DNA of 64,000 nt, from NCBI GenBank assembly GCA_001029715.1, contig CP011212.1, positions 3,407 to 67,406 of the forward strand, written 5' to 3'. Position 1 is the first letter of the stretch, and every line of letters begins with the position of its first letter. Source of the DNA: a candidate division TM6 bacterium GW2011_GWF2_28_16. Its GTDB lineage: Bacteria > Patescibacteriota > Microgenomatia > UBA1400 > PJMF01. This document shows positions 39,185 through 48,323 of this stretch, piece after piece. The notes under the pieces were generated by a model. It made no database searches. It was not told where the DNA came from and was given only the letters and a program-made list of their open reading frames with translations. Position numbers and translations under genes: made by a program.

Positions 39185-41965
39185 GTGTTTAATAGATTTT
39201 TCAAAAAATCAGCGTTGTTTCTGCTCCTCTCGCCCATTTTATTTCTAAGCAATCCTAAGCAAATATTTGCTCAAGCTGCTGACGATGATCAGGCTCAAAT
39301 TGTCGATCAAAGTAAGCTTTATACAATCATGCCGATGTTTTTACCAAGTGCTCCGAGCTCTTTGAATTATAGTGATTTATTAACCACCATGACTAAGGAT
39401 CAGGGATATGAAGCGCACTGTGCAGGCGCGCAGTGGGTAATTAGTGAGAAACAATATGGCAATGCAGCTAAATTTTTTAGCCAGTTGCCAAGAGAAAACT
39501 TCTCTACGCTTGCGACACAAGTCTTTGGCAGTTCTGATCCTTATATTGTAGATTTCACCAAAGCTCGCATTCCAGTAATCCGAGGCATGGAATCGAAGTC
39601 AGACACCATGAAGAATAGTTCTATTGAAGGAATGTTTGGAGCAAATTATCAAACCATAAAAGACATCTACATGCTTAATTCAGCTGGTGTTAGCGAGAGA
39701 CTTCTAACTTCATATCAGCAGTGTTTAGCAAAAAGTCAAAACCTAGTCAGTATTAATAAAATTTGTGCTGAAATCAAAGGCGAGCCCTGCTCTCTTAATA
39801 AAGAGTATTCCATCGAGGTAAATGAGAATCCTGTTACTTTCAAAGTGCTAGAAATTCTAGAATGGTTCTCTCAAATTCGTCCAAGTCTGAGTGGTGATGA
39901 ACTTTATCAGCAAGTTTGTGCAGACATTACAGGGGGTGGTTCCACCGACGCAGCTGAGTTTAATGAAGCCCATACTGATCTCCCCGACGTTAGTCAAGAA
40001 TTTTTAGACAAAACCAAAGCAGCTGTCGGTGTCATCTCTATTGATATGGACACTCTCTATCGTTTAGCTTTTTTGGTTTTGGTTCCCACTCAAAACATCA
40101 GTGGAGATGCAGACAAATTTCACTTCCTGCAATCCAGCCCAAGAATTAACGCAGAAGTTCAAGCTCCAATTTTCATTGCTTTCAAAATTCCTGAATTTGG
40201 CACTAATAAATCTAAATTCGTTAATAATATCGATAGTTTAGAGCTAACAAAAATGGCTATTCAGGCTGCTGCACAGAACAAAGCAGATCTAGACGAGCAG
40301 AACACTAATCGTGATAAAAATTATGAAGCAGCTAAAAACGCTCCCTACATTCAAGACCCCGTCATTAAATGTCCTGAGGGTTTTCCTCAGTGCACAAGAA
40401 GTTCAGACAATGCTCTTCTTAATGTCTTAGTTGATATGATTAACGGCGCAGCACCAAATTGTAAAGATGTTACTCTGAGAGTAGTTGAAGAAACGACTAT
40501 CGAAGAAATTTTTAATCAAGAAGACCAAAATTGGGAAAAGGCTGGCGATCTTTTTACTCCCGCCAATAAAGATATAAAAGAGAATTTATATAAAAGTAAT
40601 ACCAATGAAGAAACCATTAAAAAACTTGGTATCGACAGCTCTAATATATTTAATTGGCAATTAACCGTCGACGAAAAAAAGGAAAGCTATGGCACCCCAG
40701 TTGTTGTTAATGCCTATCTCGTTCTTCCAGTTGGAGAAACCATAAAAGACGTCAATAAATCTCTGTCAATTTTTTGGAATGAAGAAGACTTTTTTAATCT
40801 GGTTAAAACTAATGTCATTGAAGATATGAAAAACGCTGATGGCACAAATAAAATGGGCTCAATTCCAAAATATTACACGATTAAAGGAGCTGATGTTGGT
40901 ATAGCTTCCTCAGATGTCAAAAGCTACATTGATACTTGCGAAGAAACTCTTGTTTTTGGCGAAGATGGCCTCTATCGCACAGAATATACTTGTACTAGCT
41001 ATAATTATGGTTTTGGACTGGATGAAGAAAAAGACGCTCCACTCTATCCAGATTTTGGCCTTGGATTTATGTTAAGAAAAATCCAACAAACCCTGCGTGC
41101 TACCTTTGATCAAACCTATGATTACATTGCTTCCTGCCAAAGAGTTGAAGACATGTTCCTTGGTCGCTGTAGTGGCGATCCGAGTGGGAAAACTCAATCC
41201 GTATGTACCGGCGAATCATTTAAAAATATTAAGAACATGCCTAGTTATGAAGGCATTCCTCAATTTGCCAAAGATGTTTATGCAACCGGCATCGCTCCAA
41301 AAATTACTTCCGAATTAATTGAGGCCTATGAATATGCTGAAGAACAAACTGGTATTCCATGCGAAGTTGTAGCTGGCATTCATTTTACAGAAGGAGGACT
41401 CAGTCCAACTAATTCTGTCTTTGATGGAGGTACCCTACACGGCTCACTAAAAGATGATGCCAAAGGTGCTATGGAGCATTTGATCAGTAAATGGCCAGGA
41501 CAATTCGATAAAAATAACATTGAATATGAGGATTTAGTCACAGCCATCGGTGGCTTTAATGGTACTGGCAATCAAAATTGTGGCAAAGAAACTCGTTGGC
41601 TGAATGGTGGCAAATGCCCTTCAGAGTTTGCTTCTGAAGATCATCCCCATCCACTTGCTTACATTGATGAAAGACATAGCGATATGGACTTAATCTTTTG
41701 CTTAGACTTCACTGAGTTTAATTGCAGTGTTAGTCCAACTGCGGCGACCTTGGCTACATTGCGCAGCCAACTTGATGAAAAACAAGTTAATTCAGGGTTT
41801 TCAGATGAAACAAAAGAAAATTTAATTAGCGACGCTGCAAATTATTGCTTCGCCAACTCCAGCGTGTGTCAAAGTCTAAGCGACGGTGGTAAATATCCAA
41901 AATATCAAAGGCCTGGCTCAGTTACCACGGCTATTTTACTGAATGAATCTGGGGTTGGACAATAG
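39185..41965 (+). CDS. Large secreted protein with a C-terminal lysozyme/SLT-like region
   Basis: Likely GTG start 7 nt after TATAAT; signal peptide ending QIFA; AYEYAEEQTGIPCEVVAGIHFTEGG resembles the SLT catalytic-Glu helix. Confidence 0.6.
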   Translation: MFNRFFKKSALFLLLSPILFLSNPKQIFAQAADDDQAQIVDQSKLYTIMPMFLPSAPSSLNYSDLLTTMTKDQGYEAHCAGAQWVISEKQYGNAAKFFSQLPRENFSTLATQVFGSSDPYIVDFTKARIPVIRGMESKSDTMKNSSIEGMFGANYQTIKDIYMLNSAGVSERLLTSYQQCLAKSQNLVSINKICAEIKGEPCSLNKEYSIEVNENPVTFKVLEILEWFSQIRPSLSGDELYQQVCADITGGGSTDAAEFNEAHTDLPDVSQEFLDKTKAAVGVISIDMDTLYRLAFLVLVPTQNISGDADKFHFLQSSPRINAEVQAPIFIAFKIPEFGTNKSKFVNNIDSLELTKMAIQAAAQNKADLDEQNTNRDKNYEAAKNAPYIQDPVIKCPEGFPQCTRSSDNALLNVLVDMINGAAPNCKDVTLRVVEETTIEEIFNQEDQNWEKAGDLFTPANKDIKENLYKSNTNEETIKKLGIDSSNIFNWQLTVDEKKESYGTPVVVNAYLVLPVGETIKDVNKSLSIFWNEEDFFNLVKTNVIEDMKNADGTNKMGSIPKYYTIKGADVGIASSDVKSYIDTCEETLVFGEDGLYRTEYTCTSYNYGFGLDEEKDAPLYPDFGLGFMLRKIQQTLRATFDQTYDYIASCQRVEDMFLGRCSGDPSGKTQSVCTGESFKNIKNMPSYEGIPQFAKDVYATGIAPKITSELIEAYEYAEEQTGIPCEVVAGIHFTEGGLSPTNSVFDGGTLHGSLKDDAKGAMEHLISKWPGQFDKNNIEYEDLVTAIGGFNGTGNQNCGKETRWLNGGKCPSEFASEDHPHPLAYIDERHSDMDLIFCLDFTEFNCSVSPTAATLATLRSQLDEKQVNSGFSDETKENLISDAANYCFANSSVCQSLSDGGKYPKYQRPGSVTTAILLNESGVGQ

Positions 41966-42773
41966 TTTTCTTCTTTTTGTTGACAACTGTGGAAGAATTT
42001 TCTGGCTTTAATTTAAACAAACGCATTGCACCAAGTTGCAATAGTTCTGCCACTGCTAAAAAAGTATTAGAGCTGGTGTTCTGAGCCTGTAAACCAAGGT
42101 TTTTATCTTCAATGCCATAAAGTAGCAAGGTTGGCAAATTACTTTTAGCTAAAAGATCTTCATTGTTTTGATCCATATCTTTGAGCAAATAAAAAACTGC
42201 TTCACAGTAAGAATTGCTTGGAGAAATATCTAAGTTAAGCTTGCCAAAATCTGGAATAAAATTATTAATTGTTACCAAGTGATTATCAATGCCTTTATAA
42301 AGATTCTCGTAAGCAAAATAGAGTTGATTGAGTTTTTCCAAATCCTCCACTCCACATAAAATTAGCAAATCGGCTTGAGCGCCGGCATAAGAAAATTCAA
42401 GTGCTGAACTATCGAGTGGAGCGACACCTTTTTTTGGCTTGATAGTTAAATAAAAACGCTTGTCTTGCTCGCCAATGTAATAAGAAACTTTGTCGACCTG
42501 ATCTTCCTGATAAGGAAAACTAACCAAGAGATTTTCTTTACCTAATTCATGTTCAATTAACTTAACATCAATAAAATCATTTAGTTCGGTAGGAATTTTT
42601 TGTTTGAGTTTTGGAGTTAGTAGTCGCGCCTCCTGTTTAGCACTTAGAAATGAATATAGACAATAAGTTGCTAAAAATAAATCTAGATTTTCTTCTTCTG
42701 GAAAAATAATTAGAGCATTTTTGCTTATTTCTAAAATGTCCTTGAATTTATTAGTTTGAGCTTGATCGATCAT
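41931..42773 (-). CDS. Degenerate DHH/NrnA-like phosphoesterase homologue
   Basis: ADLLILCG, SYCEAV, TLLLYGI..TF..VAELLQLGA fit the CPR DHH-like family; no DHH triad visible. Confidence 0.55.
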   Translation of the reverse strand: MIDQAQTNKFKDILEISKNALIIFPEEENLDLFLATYCLYSFLSAKQEARLLTPKLKQKIPTELNDFIDVKLIEHELGKENLLVSFPYQEDQVDKVSYYIGEQDKRFYLTIKPKKGVAPLDSSALEFSYAGAQADLLILCGVEDLEKLNQLYFAYENLYKGIDNHLVTINNFIPDFGKLNLDISPSNSYCEAVFYLLKDMDQNNEDLLAKSNLPTLLLYGIEDKNLGLQAQNTSSNTFLAVAELLQLGAMRLFKLKPENSSTVVNKKKKTIVQPQIHSVK

Positions 42774-42860
42774 CTATGATTGTTTTAAATGTTTTCCCGA
42801 AGAATGTCAAGAATTATCTTTTGCAGTTTTGCTCTGTTTCATCTAGAATATACTTGTTTT

Positions 42861-44537
42861 ATGTTACGTAAAAAAGCTTCTCACCTGCTTTTGGTTTTGT
42901 TTTTGGTTTTTTCGTGCTTTTTGATGTCTGCTAAACCTGCAAAGGCTAGTACTATTTCTGACTGGCTTTCTTCAGTCTTTCATATTAAAGAAGCTACAAC
43001 CAGCTATTCCAACGCTCTTCTTGAGGAAGGAGTGGCTCAAGAAAAAAATGTTTCCTCGACTTGGGCTAATAGTTTTAACTACATAAATGGCAACGTTTAT
43101 GGTGGTGAAACAATGGCCAAAATTAGTGGCATAACTGGCGCAGACAAAATTGCTCTTGAAGAAAGCTTGGGAGATGGCATGCTGGGAGACGTAAACAAAG
43201 GTATCGTTGCTCTCTACACTCCTCCAGCTAGCACCAGAACCTACGTTGCTGATGTGATGAAATCAGCCAAAATTATTCCAGAAGCTCAAGCTCAAGGCCT
43301 TGGCTTTGCTGCTCTTGATCCAATTTTAGAAACCTGGAAATCTTTTCGTAATCTAGCTTATCTTTTCTTTGTACTTATTTTTCTCATCATTGGTTTTATG
43401 ATCATGTTCAGAACCAAAGTTGGACAAGCCGCCATTACCGCCCAGCAGGCCATTCCCAGCGTCATCATTGCCATGCTGGCTGTTACTTTTTCTTATGCCA
43501 TCGCAGGATTTATGATCGATATTATGTATGTAGTGATGTACATGCTAGCTGGCTTTTTTACCGAGGGTTCAGACATTGTGACGAGAAATATATTTGGCCT
43601 AGTGGGCTTAATGTTCAAAGGAACCACCGGTTCCACTCAGAATGCCATTGAACAATTCATGGAAGATGCTTTAAACATTGGTTTAGTTGGTGAAGCTATT
43701 GCCTGGATGTCCAGTTTACTCGGCACAGTAATTGTCGGTATTGCTATTCTTTTCGCTACTTTCAAAGTCTTTTTTGAATTAGTCAAAACCTATGTAGCCG
43801 TACTTATTCAAATTATTTTTTCGCCAATTATCTTAATGCTTGGTGCTTTTCCAGGTAAAAATGTCTTTGGCAAATGGCTCAAAGACCTCGCCGGCAACCT
43901 AATTCTTTGGCCCGTAGTTCTACTCTGTATTTTAGTGCAACGCATGCTAACCGCCCCGATTCGCAATCTTCAAGGCACGGGAGAAACTCTCGATGCAAAT
44001 TTCGGTGGTGGCTTCATGCCTCCATTCTTAGTCGGGCAGGGACAAGCTTCTATCATTCCAGTCATTCTTGGTATTGGCATACTCCTCGTCATTCCAGAAA
44101 TCATGCAAGAAGTTAAAAAAGCCATGCACGTTGATAGCGGAATCTTTGGGCAGTTAGCTGGATCAATGGGCAAGGGCTTGCAAGGAGCATGGCAAGGCGG
44201 AGATGTTGGATTACCAGTTAAAATGCCTTTTGGTGTAAAAGACGCTGTTAGTGCTGGAGCCAGACTAAGCAGGTCCGGCATTGAACATCTTGGACAAAAA
44301 TTAATTGTCAATAATGGTGGAACAATTGTACCTCCAAATCCTGCTTCTGTTGATATTGTCAGTGAACAAGGGGCCTCTACAACTACTAATAAAAATCGTC
44401 AAAACGTTGATGTTAATAACGTTGTTAATAGGGTTAACACAGCATCTAGACCAATTAACCCAGTTACTCAAGCGACTGGACCTAGACCGAAACCCACACC
44501 GATTAAAAACATTGATGAACTGTCTGACATTATTTAA
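42861..44537 (+). CDS. VirB6/TrbL-like polytopic T4SS membrane protein
   Basis: W..FRNLAY.FFVLIFLIIGFMIMFR, VTFSYAIAGFMID, IFSPI...GAFPG..FGKWLK; several TM helices; lies in the T4SS cluster. Confidence 0.7.
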   Translation: MLRKKASHLLLVLFLVFSCFLMSAKPAKASTISDWLSSVFHIKEATTSYSNALLEEGVAQEKNVSSTWANSFNYINGNVYGGETMAKISGITGADKIALEESLGDGMLGDVNKGIVALYTPPASTRTYVADVMKSAKIIPEAQAQGLGFAALDPILETWKSFRNLAYLFFVLIFLIIGFMIMFRTKVGQAAITAQQAIPSVIIAMLAVTFSYAIAGFMIDIMYVVMYMLAGFFTEGSDIVTRNIFGLVGLMFKGTTGSTQNAIEQFMEDALNIGLVGEAIAWMSSLLGTVIVGIAILFATFKVFFELVKTYVAVLIQIIFSPIILMLGAFPGKNVFGKWLKDLAGNLILWPVVLLCILVQRMLTAPIRNLQGTGETLDANFGGGFMPPFLVGQGQASIIPVILGIGILLVIPEIMQEVKKAMHVDSGIFGQLAGSMGKGLQGAWQGGDVGLPVKMPFGVKDAVSAGARLSRSGIEHLGQKLIVNNGGTIVPPNPASVDIVSEQGASTTTNKNRQNVDVNNVVNRVNTASRPINPVTQATGPRPKPTPIKNIDELSDII

Positions 44538-44585
44538 ACTCGATTATTCAAAATTGAAAATTGTTTGCTAACTAAAGGAGTCTAT

Positions 44586-47081
44586 TTATTTCTTGTCTTT
44601 GACTGCTGATTTTGCCCCATAAAGAATAGGTTCTTCTGGGAAGATAGAAACTAATTTCAGGGCCTCATTCTTAGTCCAGATACCAGTACTAACCACTGGA
44701 TATGATTCTCCAAAGAACATTGGTCTTCTTTTCGAAAAAGCTGCTTTTAATGGATTTGCTTCCGTTAATTCATTGGCAAACTGACTGGATAGCAACTCTA
44801 CCAAAGCGGCTCTTTCTTGATAACTTAAATAATTCTTGTTAGTTTCTTCTTGTAAGTAATGCCTAATTGAGGCAATTACAAATTTCTCAGTAATTAACTT
44901 TCTTAGAAGAGTGTATTGATCTCCTGGTTCTTTATACAATCTTTCTGGATCTAATTGCATAAATTTAACTTCTTCTTTAGAAACCTCAAGTTCTTTTCTT
45001 AATTTATCATTATCTCCATTCCAATCTGGACTTAGAACAAAAGACTCTCTAAAATTCATGAGGATAAAAGTGCCAATCTCCTTATCACCTCTCTTCTTTA
45101 TAACCCTTATTTTCATGAATCTATTTGCTTCGTCCATTTTCTGTGCATCTGCGAGATTTTCAGATTCAACATCTGACTTGTCAAACTCATAGCGATTTCC
45201 ATCCTTATCTCTTAATACAGAATCACCCATCCAGTAATCAGCTCGTTTATAAATATTAGCTAAATTATTTTTTAACTCTTCAGCTGGAACCTTAGTCTTA
45301 AAATCTTCAAAAATACCTCTAGAAGAAACTTCTCTTAATAAGTTCTTCATTGGCAAAGAATCTGTTTTGATTAATTTCCATATATCATTTGCGTGCTCAA
45401 TCATTCCATCCCAATAACCACCAATGTTTGCGGGAATATTTTCATTAATTAAATCAGGCAATGGTTTTAAATAAACCTTATTTAATTGCGGAAATTTATC
45501 CAAAAGCATTCTTTGTCTCTCATCCCAACCGTTTTCTTCTTTTCTCTCTATGTCTCCATCTGCGTGAGTAAGATTGTTTTTGTCTTTTTCAACGGTTAAA
45601 CACTGATGCATTAACAACTCCAAGAGAGTAACAAATTCTTCTTTAACTACAATGTTCCCCACTTCATCTTTAGTAGCATATTTAGCTCTCAAAACATGAG
45701 ATATTAAACCATTATTAAGCAATCTACCAAAGTTGGCAATAAATACCCTGTCATATACGCTCAATTTACCAGACTGCTCTTCTTCTGTTAGATATTTTCT
45801 TTCTGATGCTCCAAATCTAAACAATTTCGTTGGAATAAGAGAATCATATCTTAGAATAGCCAAGTCACTAATTGGCCAAGGAACTAAAGTCGCTAAAAAT
45901 TTTACAGAATAGTTAACAACTAAAAATGCCAATATTTCTGCTTTTTCTTTCTTACGATTTTCTTCTACTTGATCACCACCATCTATTGCGCGCAATTCAG
46001 GACTAATTCTTTGAATTAAATTAGCAAAATCCTTTCCCATTTCTTTTGATATTTCACCTCTTCTAGCATTGTGTGCAAACATATTATGATCTGGATCAGA
46101 AAGTTCTGGATCAGCCACTCTCCTTAAGAGATATCTGACTGCTGTTTGAGCTAATTCACCAAAAGACAAATTTGCACCAATCGTGGTAAATTTTTCTTCC
46201 TGACCATTCAACTCTATTTTTGATCTAAAAAAATGACCCCATCTAAATGGCTGTGGAACATCTTCCTTAAGATAACTAAAAAATTTATCTGGATCGCCCT
46301 GAGTTCTCTTATCCTCTATTGACTCGGCGCCTTTTTCAATAGCATTTAAAGCATTAAAAAACCACTCAACCTCATCTCTTATTTCTCTAGAGGGAAATGC
46401 CGGTAGAATATCTTCGTGCAATGAAAATTTTTGTTGTTCTCCCTCTATGACATATTTCTTAGTAACCGCTTCTTGCCAAATTGCCTGCATTGGATATTCT
46501 TTATGAGCCTCGCTTTTTAAATCTCTGGCAACATAAGACATGATTGCTTTAACATAATCATATGGTTGCCAATCAGCAACCTGATCTTTTTCCCATAAAT
46601 TTCCCCTAACAACATCCAATTGAAAAAACTTAACAACAAAACCAGGAACTTCATTATTCTCTTGTTCTGGATTGCCTCCAGGATTATCAATTCCTCCACC
46701 ATTTCCGCCGTTTCCACCAGCAACCTCATCTAATATATTTCCCGGTGCTTCGGTAGAATCCTCATTATCATCAGTATCTTCATCATCAACTACTTCTCCA
46801 GAAACAGGAACAAATCCAAGCATACCAAAAAACCTTCTTTGATCTTCTTTAGGAATTTCCCCATCATGGTTCTTAGCTCTAATTAAAAAACTAAATAAAT
46901 CTGTAACATCCCTACTTTCTTCTGGGCTGAGTTTTTCATCTAGAACACGCTTAACAACAGAAATAACATCATCTATGCTATATTTTCCATCCAAATATGA
47001 CTCGAGTACTTCGCTAAGCTTAGCTAGAAGCGCCTCCTTTGCATTTTCATGTTTTTCTGCAAAACGATTTATTTCAGTCAT
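44586..47081 (-). CDS. Hypothetical 831-aa charged soluble protein
   Basis: Long ORF with no signal peptide or TM; acidic/Gly-Asn linker near aa 95-145; TATAAT 8 nt upstream of ATG. Confidence 0.8.
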   Translation of the reverse strand: MTEINRFAEKHENAKEALLAKLSEVLESYLDGKYSIDDVISVVKRVLDEKLSPEESRDVTDLFSFLIRAKNHDGEIPKEDQRRFFGMLGFVPVSGEVVDDEDTDDNEDSTEAPGNILDEVAGGNGGNGGGIDNPGGNPEQENNEVPGFVVKFFQLDVVRGNLWEKDQVADWQPYDYVKAIMSYVARDLKSEAHKEYPMQAIWQEAVTKKYVIEGEQQKFSLHEDILPAFPSREIRDEVEWFFNALNAIEKGAESIEDKRTQGDPDKFFSYLKEDVPQPFRWGHFFRSKIELNGQEEKFTTIGANLSFGELAQTAVRYLLRRVADPELSDPDHNMFAHNARRGEISKEMGKDFANLIQRISPELRAIDGGDQVEENRKKEKAEILAFLVVNYSVKFLATLVPWPISDLAILRYDSLIPTKLFRFGASERKYLTEEEQSGKLSVYDRVFIANFGRLLNNGLISHVLRAKYATKDEVGNIVVKEEFVTLLELLMHQCLTVEKDKNNLTHADGDIERKEENGWDERQRMLLDKFPQLNKVYLKPLPDLINENIPANIGGYWDGMIEHANDIWKLIKTDSLPMKNLLREVSSRGIFEDFKTKVPAEELKNNLANIYKRADYWMGDSVLRDKDGNRYEFDKSDVESENLADAQKMDEANRFMKIRVIKKRGDKEIGTFILMNFRESFVLSPDWNGDNDKLRKELEVSKEEVKFMQLDPERLYKEPGDQYTLLRKLITEKFVIASIRHYLQEETNKNYLSYQERAALVELLSSQFANELTEANPLKAAFSKRRPMFFGESYPVVSTGIWTKNEALKLVSIFPEEPILYGAKSAVKDKK

Positions 47082-47145
47082 ACCTGCTCATTATATTTTT
47101 TTTTAGCAACATTTTCAACCTGAGAGTAAGGCTAAATGTGTTTAA

Positions 47146-48198
47146 TTAATTGCCCAAACTAGCATTTCTTAAAGAAGCACTCATTCCTGCCACTCTCATC
47201 GCTCCAGAAAATAAATTAGTCCAGTCAAATTTTTGACTAGACTCTGTTTTCTCTTTTAAAGAAAATACTTTCCCAAACTCACTCAAGTGTCTTTTTAATA
47301 AAGTTCTGAATAGTTGGCGCTGATTTTCAGGAGTCCATCTTCCAGAAATACTCGTTTTACTCTCCCCAGCAAAGAATTTATTTAAAATCAATTCTTTTTG
47401 ATCTAAAGACATGCTGGAATTCGATAATGCCAAAATCTGACTGGCGTTGAATTGCTTTATTTCATTAGCATCAACTTTGGACAATAGGTCATTAATTGGA
47501 AAAGAATGAAAGTCTAATTTCTTGTCTTTTAATCTGGATGCCATCTCATGCAATAGTTTGAAGCTAGATTTTTTATCCATTCTACTGAGAATGTTTTTAT
47601 TAAAAGATTTTATAAGTCCAGAGAATAAAAGACTGCTTAAACTGGCAGATTCTGCCTGTCCTTGCATGATATCTACTATTAGTTCTGCATTTTGTTCTGA
47701 TTTTAATTTACCTGCAACCTGTTCAAATAAAATTGTTGAAAGCATTAATGCAGAAAGAGCCTTTCCACCAGGTTCAAACCCTTTTTTAAGAATTTCTGAT
47801 ATATATTTTGGATCTCCAGTTTCTTTCACTTGGTCGGAAATAAACCCAAAAGCAAGAAAAGAGCTTTTAACTGGCAGTTTTATTAGTTTTGCCAGCTCGC
47901 GGGGAGTTTTTTCATTTGGATCCAATTTTGATAGAAATGAATTTACCAATTCAGTTGCTTTGCCAGATCCAAAACCGACAATCGTGTTCCAATTTTCATT
48001 GCCATTACCCAAAAGAAAGTTTATTTTTGCATCACCAATCTTCAAATTATTTAGTTCTTTTAATAAAGTTGATGATTTATTTTCATTTAGCTGCTCTTTA
48101 GAAGACAATTGACTTTCAGCACCAATTTTCACAGCAATTTTCTGAGTGACCTCACTATCAGCTGGACCAGTGGAATTTGCTTCCTCTGAATTTATCAT
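47146..48198 (-). CDS. Hypothetical 350-aa Lys/Ser/Leu-rich protein
   Basis: Long ORF with no recognisable motif. Confidence 0.75.
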   Translation of the reverse strand: MINSEEANSTGPADSEVTQKIAVKIGAESQLSSKEQLNENKSSTLLKELNNLKIGDAKINFLLGNGNENWNTIVGFGSGKATELVNSFLSKLDPNEKTPRELAKLIKLPVKSSFLAFGFISDQVKETGDPKYISEILKKGFEPGGKALSALMLSTILFEQVAGKLKSEQNAELIVDIMQGQAESASLSSLLFSGLIKSFNKNILSRMDKKSSFKLLHEMASRLKDKKLDFHSFPINDLLSKVDANEIKQFNASQILALSNSSMSLDQKELILNKFFAGESKTSISGRWTPENQRQLFRTLLKRHLSEFGKVFSLKEKTESSQKFDWTNLFSGAMRVAGMSASLRNASLGN

Positions 48199-48323
48199 AA
48201 AAAAAGAATAAAAATAATACTCTTAAAACAGTCTCAATTATATTAAATAAAGCAGATACAAAGCAAGCAAACTATTTTTCCCACCCTTTCAAGCTAATTG
48301 TTATCAAGTTATAATAAAAATAG

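Noticed and set aside
47522-48112. 196-aa + strand ORF
   Set aside because: It lies fully antisense to the 350-aa gene, with the Phe/Ser/Leu-rich composition typical of shadow frames.
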